From assembly GCA_015064805.1 (NCBI GenBank), contig SVRN01000006.1:16216-80215 (forward strand): 64,000 nucleotides of DNA, given 5' to 3'. Below the pieces are notes generated by a model. The model searched no databases. It was not told the DNA's origin and was given only the letters and a program-made list of their open reading frames with translations. Made by a program: the position numbers and the translations under genes. This stretch comes from Oscillospiraceae bacterium (GTDB lineage Bacteria; Bacillota; Clostridia; Oscillospirales; CAG-272). Position 1 is the first letter of the stretch, and every line of letters begins with the position of its first letter. Below are positions 47,144-56,969 of the stretch, one piece after another.

Positions 47144-49011
47144 CAGGTCACCTCACCCGCAAACTGACTGCTATACAGCTTTGCGTACTCGCCGCCAGCC
47201 GAAAGAAGCGTCTCGTGGTCGCCCGACTCCACGATCACACCGTCGCGCAAAACGACGATCACGTCGGCGTCGCGGATGGTGGACAGACGGTGGGCGATGA
47301 TGAGCGAGGTGCGGTTCTTCATCAGATTGACCATGGCCTGCTGAATGCGCATCTCGGTACGGGTATCGACCGAGGAGGTCGCCTCGTCAAGGATCAATAT
47401 CTTGGGATCGGCCAGCACGGCGCGGGCAATGGACAACAGCTGCCGCTGTCCCTGGGACAGATTGGAGCCTGCCTCGGCAAGGACGGTGTCGTAGCCCTCG
47501 GGCAAGCGCTCGATGAACACGTCGGCGTTGGCCGTGGCCGCCGCCCGCTTCATGTCCTCGTCGCTCGCTTCCAGCTTGCCGTATTTGATGTTGGCGCGGA
47601 TGCTGTCACAGAACAGAACGGTGTCCTGAAGCACGATGGCGATCGAGCTGCGCAGCTGCTCCTTGGGGACGTCGGCAACCGAAACGCCGTCCACCGTGAT
47701 CGAGCCGCTGTCGGGCTCGTAGAAGCGGGTGAGCAGATTGACGACGGTCGTCTTACCGCTGCCCGTCGCGCCGACGATGGCAACCTTCTGACCCGGCTTG
47801 ACCGTCAGATTCAAGCCCTTAAGCACGGGCTCGCCGGGGACGTAGGAGAAGTGCAGATCCTTGAAGACGATCTCACCCTTCATGTCGTCGTGCGACAGCG
47901 CGATCCTGCCCTCGTCGATCTCACCCTCGCTGTCCATGATCTCAAAAATACGCTCCGCGCCAGCAAGCGCGGTCAGAATGGCCGAGTACTGGTTGGCCAC
48001 CTGGTTGATGGGCATGGTGAATTTTTTGGAATACTGCAGCATGGCCTGCAGCGAGCCGATGCTCATATGTCCGCGGCCCGTCAGCATCATAAAGCCGCCC
48101 ATGGCCGCGACGGCCACGTACTGCAAATTGCCGATGAAGTTCATCAGAGGGCCCATGATCGAGCCCCAGACGCGGGCAGAAATGCTGCTCGTTCGAAGCT
48201 GATCCGAGATCTGGGCGAATTTCTCAACCGATTCGCCCTCCTTGCCGTAGGCGACAACGGTCTTGTAGGAGGTGACCATCTCCTCGACTTGTCCGTTGAG
48301 GGCGCCGAGCAGCTTCTGGCGGCGGACGAAATATTTGCGCATGAACTTGCCAAGCATGGTCGAAACGCTGATGGACAGCGGAATGGTGACCAGCGTGATC
48401 AGCGTCAGCTCCCAGCTGTAATAAATCATCATGCAAAACGCACCGACGATGGTGATGATGCAGGAGATCAGGGTGGTGATGGACTGGGCCACGGCGTTGG
48501 ACACGTTTTCCACGTCGTTGGTCATGCGGGACATAATGTCACCGTGGCGGTGGGTGTCGGTGTAGGAGATGGGCAGGCGGGAGATCTTGCGGAAGAGATC
48601 GTTGCGCATGGTATAGACGGTCGCCTGCGACAGCTTGGCCGAGAGCAGCGACTGGCAAAGGCTCATCAGCGCGCCGAAAACAAAGGCCACGCCCATGATG
48701 GTCAGATAAGTGAACAGCGCCTCAAGATCGACGCTCAGACCGTCCTCGGCCACCTTAATGGTGTCGATGGCCAGCTGCTGGAACATGGGGCCGAGCAGAT
48801 CGACCAGCGTCGTCAGCGCCATAAAGACGAGCAGCGCGGCGAGCAATACGCCGTTGCGGCCGATGTAGTGCAGCAATCGCCCGATGGTGCGCCACATATT
48901 CTTGGGCTTTTCCACGTTCATGCGGGCGTTCGGGCCTGCGCCGGGACGTCCCGGGCGGATGTCGGGCACGGCGGAGCGAGGTGCGCCGCCGGAGGGTGCG
49001 GGTCGGTTCAT
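47143..49011 (-). CDS. ABC exporter, fused permease/ATPase (MsbA/multidrug type), subunit 2
   Basis: Six TM helices plus an NBD (Walker A GATGSGKTT, signature LSQGQRQ, Walker B ILILDEATS). Start ATG at 49011 overlaps the upstream stop (ATGA) with an AGGAGGT RBS. Unusual about 40-aa Pro/Gly/Arg-rich N-terminal extension. Confidence 0.85.
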   Translation of the reverse strand: MNRPAPSGGAPRSAVPDIRPGRPGAGPNARMNVEKPKNMWRTIGRLLHYIGRNGVLLAALLVFMALTTLVDLLGPMFQQLAIDTIKVAEDGLSVDLEALFTYLTIMGVAFVFGALMSLCQSLLSAKLSQATVYTMRNDLFRKISRLPISYTDTHRHGDIMSRMTNDVENVSNAVAQSITTLISCIITIVGAFCMMIYYSWELTLITLVTIPLSISVSTMLGKFMRKYFVRRQKLLGALNGQVEEMVTSYKTVVAYGKEGESVEKFAQISDQLRTSSISARVWGSIMGPLMNFIGNLQYVAVAAMGGFMMLTGRGHMSIGSLQAMLQYSKKFTMPINQVANQYSAILTALAGAERIFEIMDSEGEIDEGRIALSHDDMKGEIVFKDLHFSYVPGEPVLKGLNLTVKPGQKVAIVGATGSGKTTVVNLLTRFYEPDSGSITVDGVSVADVPKEQLRSSIAIVLQDTVLFCDSIRANIKYGKLEASDEDMKRAAATANADVFIERLPEGYDTVLAEAGSNLSQGQRQLLSIARAVLADPKILILDEATSSVDTRTEMRIQQAMVNLMKNRTSLIIAHRLSTIRDADVIVVLRDGVIVESGDHETLLSAGGEYAKLYSSQFAGEVT

Positions 49012-50819
49012 TGTGCTGCACCTCCTTGTCCTGCCTGAGAATTTACAATATCCAGATACGTCGGGCTGACGCGGAGCAGCTCCTCGTGCGGCGCACAATG
49101 GAGAATGCTGCCGTCCGACTCAATGACGGCGATGCGGTCTGCGTGCTTGACCGACGCGATGCGCTGGGCGACCATGATGACGGTCGTGTCCTTCAGACTC
49201 TCCCGCATGGCCGTGCGCAGTTTGGCCTCGGTCGCAAGGTCAAGCGCCGAGGTCGCGTCGTCCAGGATCATGATCTCGGGGCGGCGGACCAGCGCGCGGG
49301 TGATGGACATTCTCTGCTTTTGTCCGCCCGAGAGAGAGGCTCCCTTTTCGGCCACGAAGGTGTCGTAGCCCTCGGCAAAGCCCTCAATGAACTCTGCCGC
49401 TTGCGCCGTCGCGACGGCGTCCTGCACCTCCGAGAGCGACGCATCCTTGCGTCCCCAGCGGATGTTGCCGCCGATGGTGTCCGAGAACAGTTCGCTCTTT
49501 TGCATGACGAAGCCCAGCTTGCGGCGAAGCGCGGACAGCTTGTACTGCTTGACGGGAACGCCGTCGACGTACACCTCTCCCTCGGTGGGATCGTAGAAGC
49601 GAGGGATCAGATTGACCAGCGAGGTCTTGCCGCTGCCCGTCGCGCCGATGATGGCCAGCGTCTCGCCGCGGCGGACGTCGAGATTGATATTTTTAAGCAC
49701 GGGACGGCCCGTCGTTCCGGGGTAGCGGAAGCTGACGTTGCGGAAGGAAACCGCCACGTCGGCGTCCTCCCCCTCCGTAAGCGTGCCGTCCGAGATCACG
49801 GGAACGGTGTCCAGCACCTCGCGCACTCTCTTGCCCGAGGCCATGGCGCGCGAGACCGACTGGAACATCATGGTGACCATCATAACCGAGTGCAAAATGG
49901 TGGTCACGTAGTTGACGCCTGCCATGAGCGTACCCGTGCTCATGCCGTCCACGCCTTCGCTGATAGCAACGCCGCCCAGCGCGATGATGGCTAAAATGGC
50001 CAGGTTCTGTACGATATTCATGACGGGATGTAGCACGCTCATCATGCGAAGCACGCTGTAGTTGACGTCACGCAGCTCGCCGTTGGCACGGCCGAAGCGA
50101 TCCGTCTCATAATCCTCGCGGACGTAGGCCTTGACCACGCGGGCGCCCGATACGTTTTCCTGCACCACGGCGTTGACACGGTCCAGCTTTTTCTGAACGA
50201 TGCTATACATGGGAACGGCGCGGCGAAGCACCAGCACGATGGTAATGAGCAGCACGGGAAGCGCGCACAGCAGCACCGTGCCGAATTTGATATTGAGGGA
50301 AAGCAGCATGATCGTGCCGCCGATGAGGAACATGGGCGCGCGGACGAACATGCGCAGGATCATTTCGACGAACTCGACCAGCATGGCAATATCGCCCGTC
50401 ATGCGGGTGACAAGCGAGCCCGTGGTGAACTTGTCCGTCTGCTCGATGGACAGCGACATGACGCGGCGGTAGGCGTCACAGCGCAGGTCGTTACCAAAGC
50501 CCTGCGACGCGCGGGCGGCGGCATAGGCGCAGAAGGTGCCGAAAAAGCCGCCGACGAGGGTGATGGTCAACATCATGATGCCAAAGGTCAAAATGATATT
50601 GAGCTGCGTATACTGCCCCGCCCCGAACAGCGTATTCATCACGCCAAGGGCAAACGCATTCTCACCGATCTTGGCAAGGCCGTCCTCAGCGATGCCGTAG
50701 TCGACGATAAACGACATCAGATAAGGCAGGCACAGATCGGCCAGGACCTCGCCCATCATCAAAAGGGGAGAAATGATGGCAAACAGCGTATATGGCTTTA
50801 AGTATTTGGCCAGCTTCAT
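49008..50819 (-). CDS. ABC exporter, fused permease/ATPase, subunit 1
   Basis: MKLAKYLKPYTLFAIISPLL... TM domain plus NBD (GATGSGKTS, LSGGQKQR, ILDDATSALD). GGAGGTG RBS. Confidence 0.9.
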   Translation of the reverse strand: MKLAKYLKPYTLFAIISPLLMMGEVLADLCLPYLMSFIVDYGIAEDGLAKIGENAFALGVMNTLFGAGQYTQLNIILTFGIMMLTITLVGGFFGTFCAYAAARASQGFGNDLRCDAYRRVMSLSIEQTDKFTTGSLVTRMTGDIAMLVEFVEMILRMFVRAPMFLIGGTIMLLSLNIKFGTVLLCALPVLLITIVLVLRRAVPMYSIVQKKLDRVNAVVQENVSGARVVKAYVREDYETDRFGRANGELRDVNYSVLRMMSVLHPVMNIVQNLAILAIIALGGVAISEGVDGMSTGTLMAGVNYVTTILHSVMMVTMMFQSVSRAMASGKRVREVLDTVPVISDGTLTEGEDADVAVSFRNVSFRYPGTTGRPVLKNINLDVRRGETLAIIGATGSGKTSLVNLIPRFYDPTEGEVYVDGVPVKQYKLSALRRKLGFVMQKSELFSDTIGGNIRWGRKDASLSEVQDAVATAQAAEFIEGFAEGYDTFVAEKGASLSGGQKQRMSITRALVRRPEIMILDDATSALDLATEAKLRTAMRESLKDTTVIMVAQRIASVKHADRIAVIESDGSILHCAPHEELLRVSPTYLDIVNSQAGQGGAAQ

Positions 50820-51328
50820 TCCGTCACCTCCTCACCGTCGCGCTCCTGCGACAGATCGTTCAGCAAATTTTCTCTCATGCGACACAGCATGGCCGACAGC
50901 TGTTCGGTCTCGGCCTCGTCAAAGCCCTGCATGAGGATATCGTCCAGACGGCGCAGCATGGCGCGGACGCCCTCGTCGTATTCCCTGCCCTTGTCGGTCA
51001 GATACACGCGGACGGCGCGACCGTCACCCTCGCAACCTCGGCGGCTGATCAATCCCTCCGCCTCCATGCGGCGAAGCGTCGCGCTGACGCTGGGAGCGCT
51101 CAGGTGCAGCGCGTCTGCGATCTCATTCTGGCGCACGCCGTCGCCGCGAACGAGCAGGCGGATGATGCATCTTGCGCTGTGCTGGGACATGACGCCCTCG
51201 GGCTCCAGCGAGCGCACCTTTCCGAAAAACAGATGCGAGATATCGTTGACGATCATGGGAGGCGTTTCGTGCGGCGGTCGCGGGGGGCGATGCTGTAGTA
51301 GCGCCTCGGTTGTTTTCTTTTTGGGCAT
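50816..51328 (-). CDS. MarR family transcriptional regulator
   Basis: Winged HTH (ADALHLSAPSVSATLRRMEAEGLISRR). ATGA-coupled to the downstream ABC gene. AAAGGAG RBS. Confidence 0.85.
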   Translation of the reverse strand: MPKKKTTEALLQHRPPRPPHETPPMIVNDISHLFFGKVRSLEPEGVMSQHSARCIIRLLVRGDGVRQNEIADALHLSAPSVSATLRRMEAEGLISRRGCEGDGRAVRVYLTDKGREYDEGVRAMLRRLDDILMQGFDEAETEQLSAMLCRMRENLLNDLSQERDGEEVTE

Positions 51329-51344
51329 AGCTTGGCTCCTTTTG

Positions 51345-51365
51345 TTAGTTAACTAACTAATTATA
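51345..51365 (-). promoter_or_regulatory. promoter -10 (ATTATA on + = TATAAT on minus, 51360-51365) with perfect 12-bp palindrome TTAGTTAACTAA (51345-51356): candidate MarR operator
   Basis: The perfect palindrome sits between the -10 and the marR start codon, the typical autoregulatory arrangement. Confidence 0.45.
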
Positions 51366-51369
51366 GCAG

Positions 51370-52180
51370 GGGGTGGGGGAAAAGTCAAGGGGAAAAGAAA
51401 AAACAACTGTGGGGGAACAGTTGTTTCATATTTTGCTCTTTGTCTTTTGGCGCGACACAACGCGTCGCGCTGTGCAAATATGGATGCCATTTCTTTGTCA
51501 TTCCACAAAGAAATGGCGAAAGAAACGCGGGCATCTAATTCAGTTTTTATGGGAAAGTGAAATTACCCGCTCCCGAAGAATTTCGCATGCAAAATTCTTC
51601 CCATAGAGAATTGAATTTTATTCTGGGCCTAATGCCCTTAAGAAACCCGCAAGACTTGCCGCTCTCGCTATCTTTTGGTGGTTACCAAAAGGCGTTGTGG
51701 CATCTGCAATTTTTGCGTCGGCGGAGCCAAAGCCCCGCCTCCTATTGCAAGCAGGCTATCGTTTCCCTCTTCACTCTGTGCCGCGCTTCAAAGCAAATAG
51801 AGGAGAAAAACATATACGTTTTTTCTGCATCTCTCGCCGCTTTGCCACCACGCGCGGCAGGCGAAGGAAACAAAAAACGTTTTTGTAAAAAAGTTAGTTG
51901 AGCTGGGGTGCGTCGCAGATGGCAAAAGCTTTTTCTGTTTTGCTTGCGTGCGTCTTTCGTGTTGGCGTTTTTATTGAAAACGCCAACGCAAAAGCTGAAG
52001 ATGCTTGCTTTCGCGAAAAAATGAGTGAAGCGACAGCGGAACGACTTTTCGCGCTCGGGGTTTCCAAAGGGCATTAGGCCCTTTGGTTCCCTTCTTGGCT
52101 ACTTCTTGGGGAAAGCCAAGAAGTAGCATAATCGCACAGCGCGGCGCGTTGTGCCGCGCCCAACCGTAGGAGAAGCTGCA
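51370..52180. repeat. intergenic mosaic repeat block (modules B, F, D, E)
   Basis: GCCATTTCTTTGTCATTCCACAAAGAAATGGC (51495-51527). GAAGAATTTCGCATGCAAAATTCTTC and TCCCATAGAGAATTGAATTTTATTCTGGG (51583-51640). GGGCCTAATGCCCTTAAGAAACCCGCAAGA (51635-51663). GGGCATTAGGCCCTTTGG (52066-52083). CGCACAGCGCGGCGCGTTGTGCCGCGCC (52133-52160). Confidence 0.75.
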
Positions 52181-52186
52181 AAGCCC

Positions 52187-53587
52187 TCAGCTTCCCTTCT
52201 CTTCCCCCACCAGCTGCTTCGCCCAGTTGATTCTGGACAGCAGCACCGAACCAAACATACATTTGACGATCTCCACGCTCTGCCCCGCGATAAACAGCCA
52301 ATGAATACTCATATTCGTAAACCGCGACAGCACGAACACCAGCGGCGCCACCAGCGCCCACATATACACGCTGTCAAACAAGAGGGTGATCAGCACCTTG
52401 CCGCCCGATCGGAGCGTAAAATACGCCGCGTGCGCGTAGGCGCAAAACGGCAACAGCGCCGCCGAAACAAGAATCATAAACGCCGCCAGCGACCGCACGT
52501 CCGCGCTGACGTTATACAGTCTTGGGAACAGCACCGAGGTCACGACCAAAAGTGCGGCCATCAGAACGGCACAGAAGATGGAAAAGGCCATCATTTTTCG
52601 CGCCGAATCGCGCGCCTTTTCCAATTTACCCGCCCCCAGCTCGTTGCCGACGACGATGGCGATCGCGCCGCCCAGCGCAAGATAGACCACGCTGAACAGA
52701 TTGACGATGGTCGTGCTGATGTTCTGCGCCGCGACCACGTCAAGGCCGCGGGTGGAATAGCATTGATTGCGGAAGGTCATGGCCATCGCCCAGAACACCT
52801 CGTTCATCATCAGCGGCAGGCCCTTGACCGAAATGCGGCCAAAGAGCGTCATGGGCAGATACAGCGAGTGCAACGCGCCGATCAGCCACGGACATTTATT
52901 CGTGTGCGTATATCCCCAGAGCAGCAACACGCCCAGCTCGACACCGCGCGACACCACCGTCGCAATGGCCGCGCCTTTGACGCCCAGCGCAGGCAGACCG
53001 AACAAGCCGAAGATCAACAGGCAGTTGAGTACGAAGTTGGTAAACACCGCCAGTGCGCTCGCCACCATGGGCATGACCGTCTCGCCCGTCTCTCGCATGG
53101 TCGAGGCGTAGGCTTGGGCGATCGCGTAGGGGATCAGCCCCGCCAGCATGATGAGCAGATATTCCTGCCCGTGGGCAAGCGTCAGCTCCAGATCGCCCTG
53201 CATGCTGCCCGCGTGCAAAAACATACGGATGAGCTGCTCGTCAAACAGCGCGAAGATGGCGACACCCAGCCCGCCCGCCAGTGCGTTGATGATAAACTTG
53301 AAACGGAAGGTGTAGCGAACGCCCTCGTTGTCGCCCAAGCCGTGGTATTGCGCAGTGAAAATACCCGCCGCGGAGATCGCGCCGAAGATGAGCAGATTGA
53401 AGATAAAAATGAATTGATTAACGATAGAAACGCCCGACATGGCCTCGGTCGACAGCGTGCCGACCATGACGTTGTCGAGCAGATTGACCAAATTGGTGAT
53501 GCCGTTTTGTATCATCATGGGCACGGCCACGCCCAACACGGTGCGATAGAATTGCCGATCGCCAACGTATTTCCGAATGAAAGACAT
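52187..53587 (-). CDS. MATE family efflux transporter
   Basis: MSFIRKYVGDRQFYRTVLGVAVPMMIQNGITNLVNLLDNVMVG is the MATE N-terminal signature. 12 TM. The ORF-track start at 53638 is an extension. Confidence 0.85.
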   Translation of the reverse strand: MSFIRKYVGDRQFYRTVLGVAVPMMIQNGITNLVNLLDNVMVGTLSTEAMSGVSIVNQFIFIFNLLIFGAISAAGIFTAQYHGLGDNEGVRYTFRFKFIINALAGGLGVAIFALFDEQLIRMFLHAGSMQGDLELTLAHGQEYLLIMLAGLIPYAIAQAYASTMRETGETVMPMVASALAVFTNFVLNCLLIFGLFGLPALGVKGAAIATVVSRGVELGVLLLWGYTHTNKCPWLIGALHSLYLPMTLFGRISVKGLPLMMNEVFWAMAMTFRNQCYSTRGLDVVAAQNISTTIVNLFSVVYLALGGAIAIVVGNELGAGKLEKARDSARKMMAFSIFCAVLMAALLVVTSVLFPRLYNVSADVRSLAAFMILVSAALLPFCAYAHAAYFTLRSGGKVLITLLFDSVYMWALVAPLVFVLSRFTNMSIHWLFIAGQSVEIVKCMFGSVLLSRINWAKQLVGEEKGS

Positions 53588-53737
53588 ATCTTCTCCTGCC
53601 TTAACGTTTTGCTTGGGATATTGTACCATATGTAGCAAAATAATGCAAGAGGGTAACCTTACTTCTCTCTAAAAAAGCCCCCGCCGCGGCACGGAGGTGT
53701 CGCGGCAGAGGCGGTTTTCAGAATAATCCGGGTTTGA

Positions 53738-53932
53738 TTATTTCTTGAGCGAGTTCTCGTAGGACTCGATCATCTTCTTGACCATCTGACCACCGATGGA
53801 GCCTGCCTGACGGGAAGTCAGATCGCCGTTGTAACCCTGGGACAGGTTAACACCGACCTCGTTTGCGGCCTCCATCTTGAACTTTTCCATTGCTTCCTTT
53901 GCTTCGGGAACCAGCGTCTTGTTGCTTGCCAT
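53738..53932 (-). CDS. alpha/beta-type small acid-soluble spore protein
   Basis: MASNKTLVPEAKEAMEKFKMEAANEVGVNLSQGYNGDLTSRQAGSIGGQMVKKMIE is the SASP signature (germination-protease site EIASE-like region and the GG-xMVK motif). GGAAAGGA RBS. Confidence 0.85.
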   Translation of the reverse strand: MASNKTLVPEAKEAMEKFKMEAANEVGVNLSQGYNGDLTSRQAGSIGGQMVKKMIESYENSLKK

Positions 53933-54215
53933 AATACTATCCTTTCCGCGCTATGCGCGACCGCGTGTGCGGTTTGTCTTGTTTACAAATCTATATTGAT
54001 CGAGCCGAAAGACCTGACGTTTGCATCGGCTCGAATGACCAAAACAAGATGCTCTCTCGTTTTCTTTTTCTCACTCTGCCGCAGCACGCTCTCGACTCTG
54101 CTACTATTGTGCGCGAAAAACCGCCTTGTATGATAGGAAGTTTGTGTCAGATTTTTTTAAGGTTTGACCAAGAGAAGCATTCATCGCGGTCTATCCTTGA
54201 CTTTTTATTCTGTCT

Positions 54216-54536
54216 ATGTTAGAATTGATATATAAGTTAATGCGAAAATGCGTTGAAGCAAGGAGAGATCGAATGCTTGATTTTTTCAAATTTATGAGGG
54301 ACTGCGTTTTTTTGATACTTGACTATTTGGTTGGAAGTGTAGACAAAACACCCTCGGAACAGCGAATGGCTCTGATCAGCCTTGGTGCTGTGGCTGTTTT
54401 CGTAGTCTGCTTCTTGCTGATGCTTTTGAAAATCTCACCCGATCAATGGTCGTATCGAAAAACCGTTTTTCTTTCCCTTTTATCAGGCATTCCATTCACC
54501 ATCATTTACTTTCTCGTTTTCTACCTTTGCTTATAA
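54216..54536 (+). CDS. hypothetical small membrane protein in AT-rich segment
   Basis: 106 aa with two TM helices. Low GC. No clear RBS. Weak call. Confidence 0.3.
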   Translation: MLELIYKLMRKCVEARRDRMLDFFKFMRDCVFLILDYLVGSVDKTPSEQRMALISLGAVAVFVVCFLLMLLKISPDQWSYRKTVFLSLLSGIPFTIIYFLVFYLCL

Positions 54537-54675
54537 TTTCAGTTTCCAACAGGCAGACCCTCTCTGCCTGTTTTTTTATTTCTTTTGCCCATGTTTTTCA
54601 AATAAAAGGTTTGACTTTTGTTTCATTTTATGATAAACTGTAGCAAAGACGTCTACCAAATGACTGGAGGCTTTG

Positions 54676-56946
54676 ATGATGAAAAAATCGTATTTGAGAT
54701 CATTCTTATTATGTCTGCTTTGTGCGTTACTTATTTGTTCGCCGCTCGCGCTTACGTCCTGTGGCCCCGACGAGCCTACACCGACGCCACCCGAGGACGA
54801 CACGCCCCCAACCTCCGAGCCGCCCGAACCCTCCGAGCCTATGATCGTGCTGGCAGGCGAGGGTGCCGAGAACCCCTATATCGTCGTCCGCAGTGAAAGC
54901 GTCCATTCGGGCTCGGATATTTCCAAGGGTGCCGCCGCGCTTTGCAAGGCGATCAACACCCGCTTTGGCTCCGATCTTAACATTACGACCGACTGGACGG
55001 GTGTGGGCGGCGTTGCCGAAAGTCCCTACGAGATCTTAGTCGGCACGACCAACCGCGACGCCAGCCCCAAGGTCGATAAAGATCTGGGCGTCAACGAGTT
55101 CATCATTCGTATGGTAGACACCAAGCTGGTCATCACCGCCTCCTCGCCATCAGGCGTTACGTACGCGATCAATTATTTCATCGAGCACTACGTCGACGCA
55201 CAGACCGCGTCGCTCAAGGTTCCCGCATCGCTGGATTATAAAGGAGAGTACACCGTGTATTACGAAGTTGAATCCGCCAAGGGCAGCGGCGCTACCAAAT
55301 ACGATACCGCGCTGGCGCTCGCCTGCCTGCAGGGCATCGTCAACCGTGAGTCCAAGTCCAAGGTCTACGTCAACTCGGGCGGAGGCAACGACAAGTGGCT
55401 CCAGACCATGCAGGCGGACGGCCGCTGGCTGGCGGACGTCCCCTTTGAAAAGCTGAAGGGCTTTGACGCCCTCTTGGATCTGTTCGTCTCTTACGTCAAG
55501 ACGGTCGTCATCTGGGATACCAACGTCCCCGCGACGGTCAACGTTGCCACCACCGTCGCCGGCGTTGAGGACGGTCTGGTCATGTCGTACGATATGTACA
55601 AAAAATACGAAACGAAGCTGAACAACGCCGAGATCATCGACCTGCGTGATAAGTTCTTTGGCAGCGATACGGTAAGCGCCAAGAACGAGGCTTACCGCTG
55701 GGCCATCGAAAACTATCTCAAAAAGGGGCTTTGCTCGACCGATCTTTTGTGCCACTATATGGACGCATGGAACATCAAGGGCGCCTCGGGCCGCCGCGAC
55801 GGCGGTGACGACGCCTACGTATCCATCCGCGACTGGGCCGTTTACAACCGCGCCTTCGTCATCGATCTCTCCCCCTGGAACGATGAAGCGCCGCTGGATG
55901 ATCCCAACCAAAAGGTCGGTACCGACTACGAGACCTTTACCATGATTCTGGAATACCTGATGGAAGAGACCAAGGACAGTGAGCCCTACGAAATGGCAGG
56001 CTTCTTTGATTTCACCAAGTACAGCCGCACCGGGGATAATTATCTTTCCAAGCACGAGACCGTTCCCACCGAGTGGGAGTACGTCTGGCTGATCAGTGCT
56101 TACAACGGCTACCACAACACCTGCATCGAATGGAGCTGGAACGAGAGCTTCCACAGCCAGTATGACGGCGCACAGCAGCTCGAGAACAACCGCCCCGAAG
56201 AGCTCTTGGATCTGGAGGAGGACACTACGTATCTCTGCTTCTTCATGGCTGACTACGACTCGACCTATCCTCTCTACCGCTTCCTGCAGGATCACTGGGC
56301 CGATCCTCGCCGCGGAGAACTACCGCTGGCCTGGGGCATCAATCCCAACCTGCTTGACACCTACCCCGATATCATTGAGTACTACTACGAGACCGCTACC
56401 CCCAACGACTATTTCACCTCGGACGCCAGCGCCGCGGGCTATTTCAACCCCAGCCGCGTGCCCGACGAGACGTGGGATATCATGCTGGAACACAATATCA
56501 AATATTTTGAGCGTGCCGACATGACCATCGCTCCCATGATCCTTGACCAGGACCGTCTGGATGAGCAATCGCTTGAGATGATGTCGCAGTTCGCCCCCGA
56601 CGGTCTGTCCACCATCATCATCGACCAGCACAGCCAGGGCGGCTCGCAGGCTCCTGCGGGCATGTACGGTGACACCCCCACTGACCGCCTTGACAACAGC
56701 TTCAATTCTTCTTCGGTTGAGACGGGCGCAGCGTCGCTTGAAAACATCGTTCGCTACGGCTACAACCGCAAGCTGGGCGCTACCAAGAGCGGCTCCTCGC
56801 TCTCGCTCATCCGCGTCGTATGGAAGAGCCCCTCGTACATCTGTGAGGTCGTTGAGGCTTACAAGGACGCTCATCCCGACGAAAACGTCGTCGTCGTTGA
56901 TATTTACAATTATTTCAATCTGCTCGCGCAGGACCTGGAAGATTGA
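54676..56946 (+). CDS. lipoprotein of unknown function, paralog 1 (about 750 aa)
   Basis: Lipobox LALTSCG after a signal peptide. GGAGG RBS. Pro/Thr/Glu-rich linker. About 50% identical to the downstream paralog over the full length. Confidence 0.8.
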   Translation: MMKKSYLRSFLLCLLCALLICSPLALTSCGPDEPTPTPPEDDTPPTSEPPEPSEPMIVLAGEGAENPYIVVRSESVHSGSDISKGAAALCKAINTRFGSDLNITTDWTGVGGVAESPYEILVGTTNRDASPKVDKDLGVNEFIIRMVDTKLVITASSPSGVTYAINYFIEHYVDAQTASLKVPASLDYKGEYTVYYEVESAKGSGATKYDTALALACLQGIVNRESKSKVYVNSGGGNDKWLQTMQADGRWLADVPFEKLKGFDALLDLFVSYVKTVVIWDTNVPATVNVATTVAGVEDGLVMSYDMYKKYETKLNNAEIIDLRDKFFGSDTVSAKNEAYRWAIENYLKKGLCSTDLLCHYMDAWNIKGASGRRDGGDDAYVSIRDWAVYNRAFVIDLSPWNDEAPLDDPNQKVGTDYETFTMILEYLMEETKDSEPYEMAGFFDFTKYSRTGDNYLSKHETVPTEWEYVWLISAYNGYHNTCIEWSWNESFHSQYDGAQQLENNRPEELLDLEEDTTYLCFFMADYDSTYPLYRFLQDHWADPRRGELPLAWGINPNLLDTYPDIIEYYYETATPNDYFTSDASAAGYFNPSRVPDETWDIMLEHNIKYFERADMTIAPMILDQDRLDEQSLEMMSQFAPDGLSTIIIDQHSQGGSQAPAGMYGDTPTDRLDNSFNSSSVETGAASLENIVRYGYNRKLGATKSGSSLSLIRVVWKSPSYICEVVEAYKDAHPDENVVVVDIYNYFNLLAQDLED

Positions 56947-56969
56947 TATTTCAAAAGGAGAATCATATT

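Noticed and set aside
52151-53635. 494-aa plus-strand ORF
   Set aside because: It is antisense to the MATE transporter gene, with an Arg/His/Gln-rich composition typical of reverse-frame artefacts.
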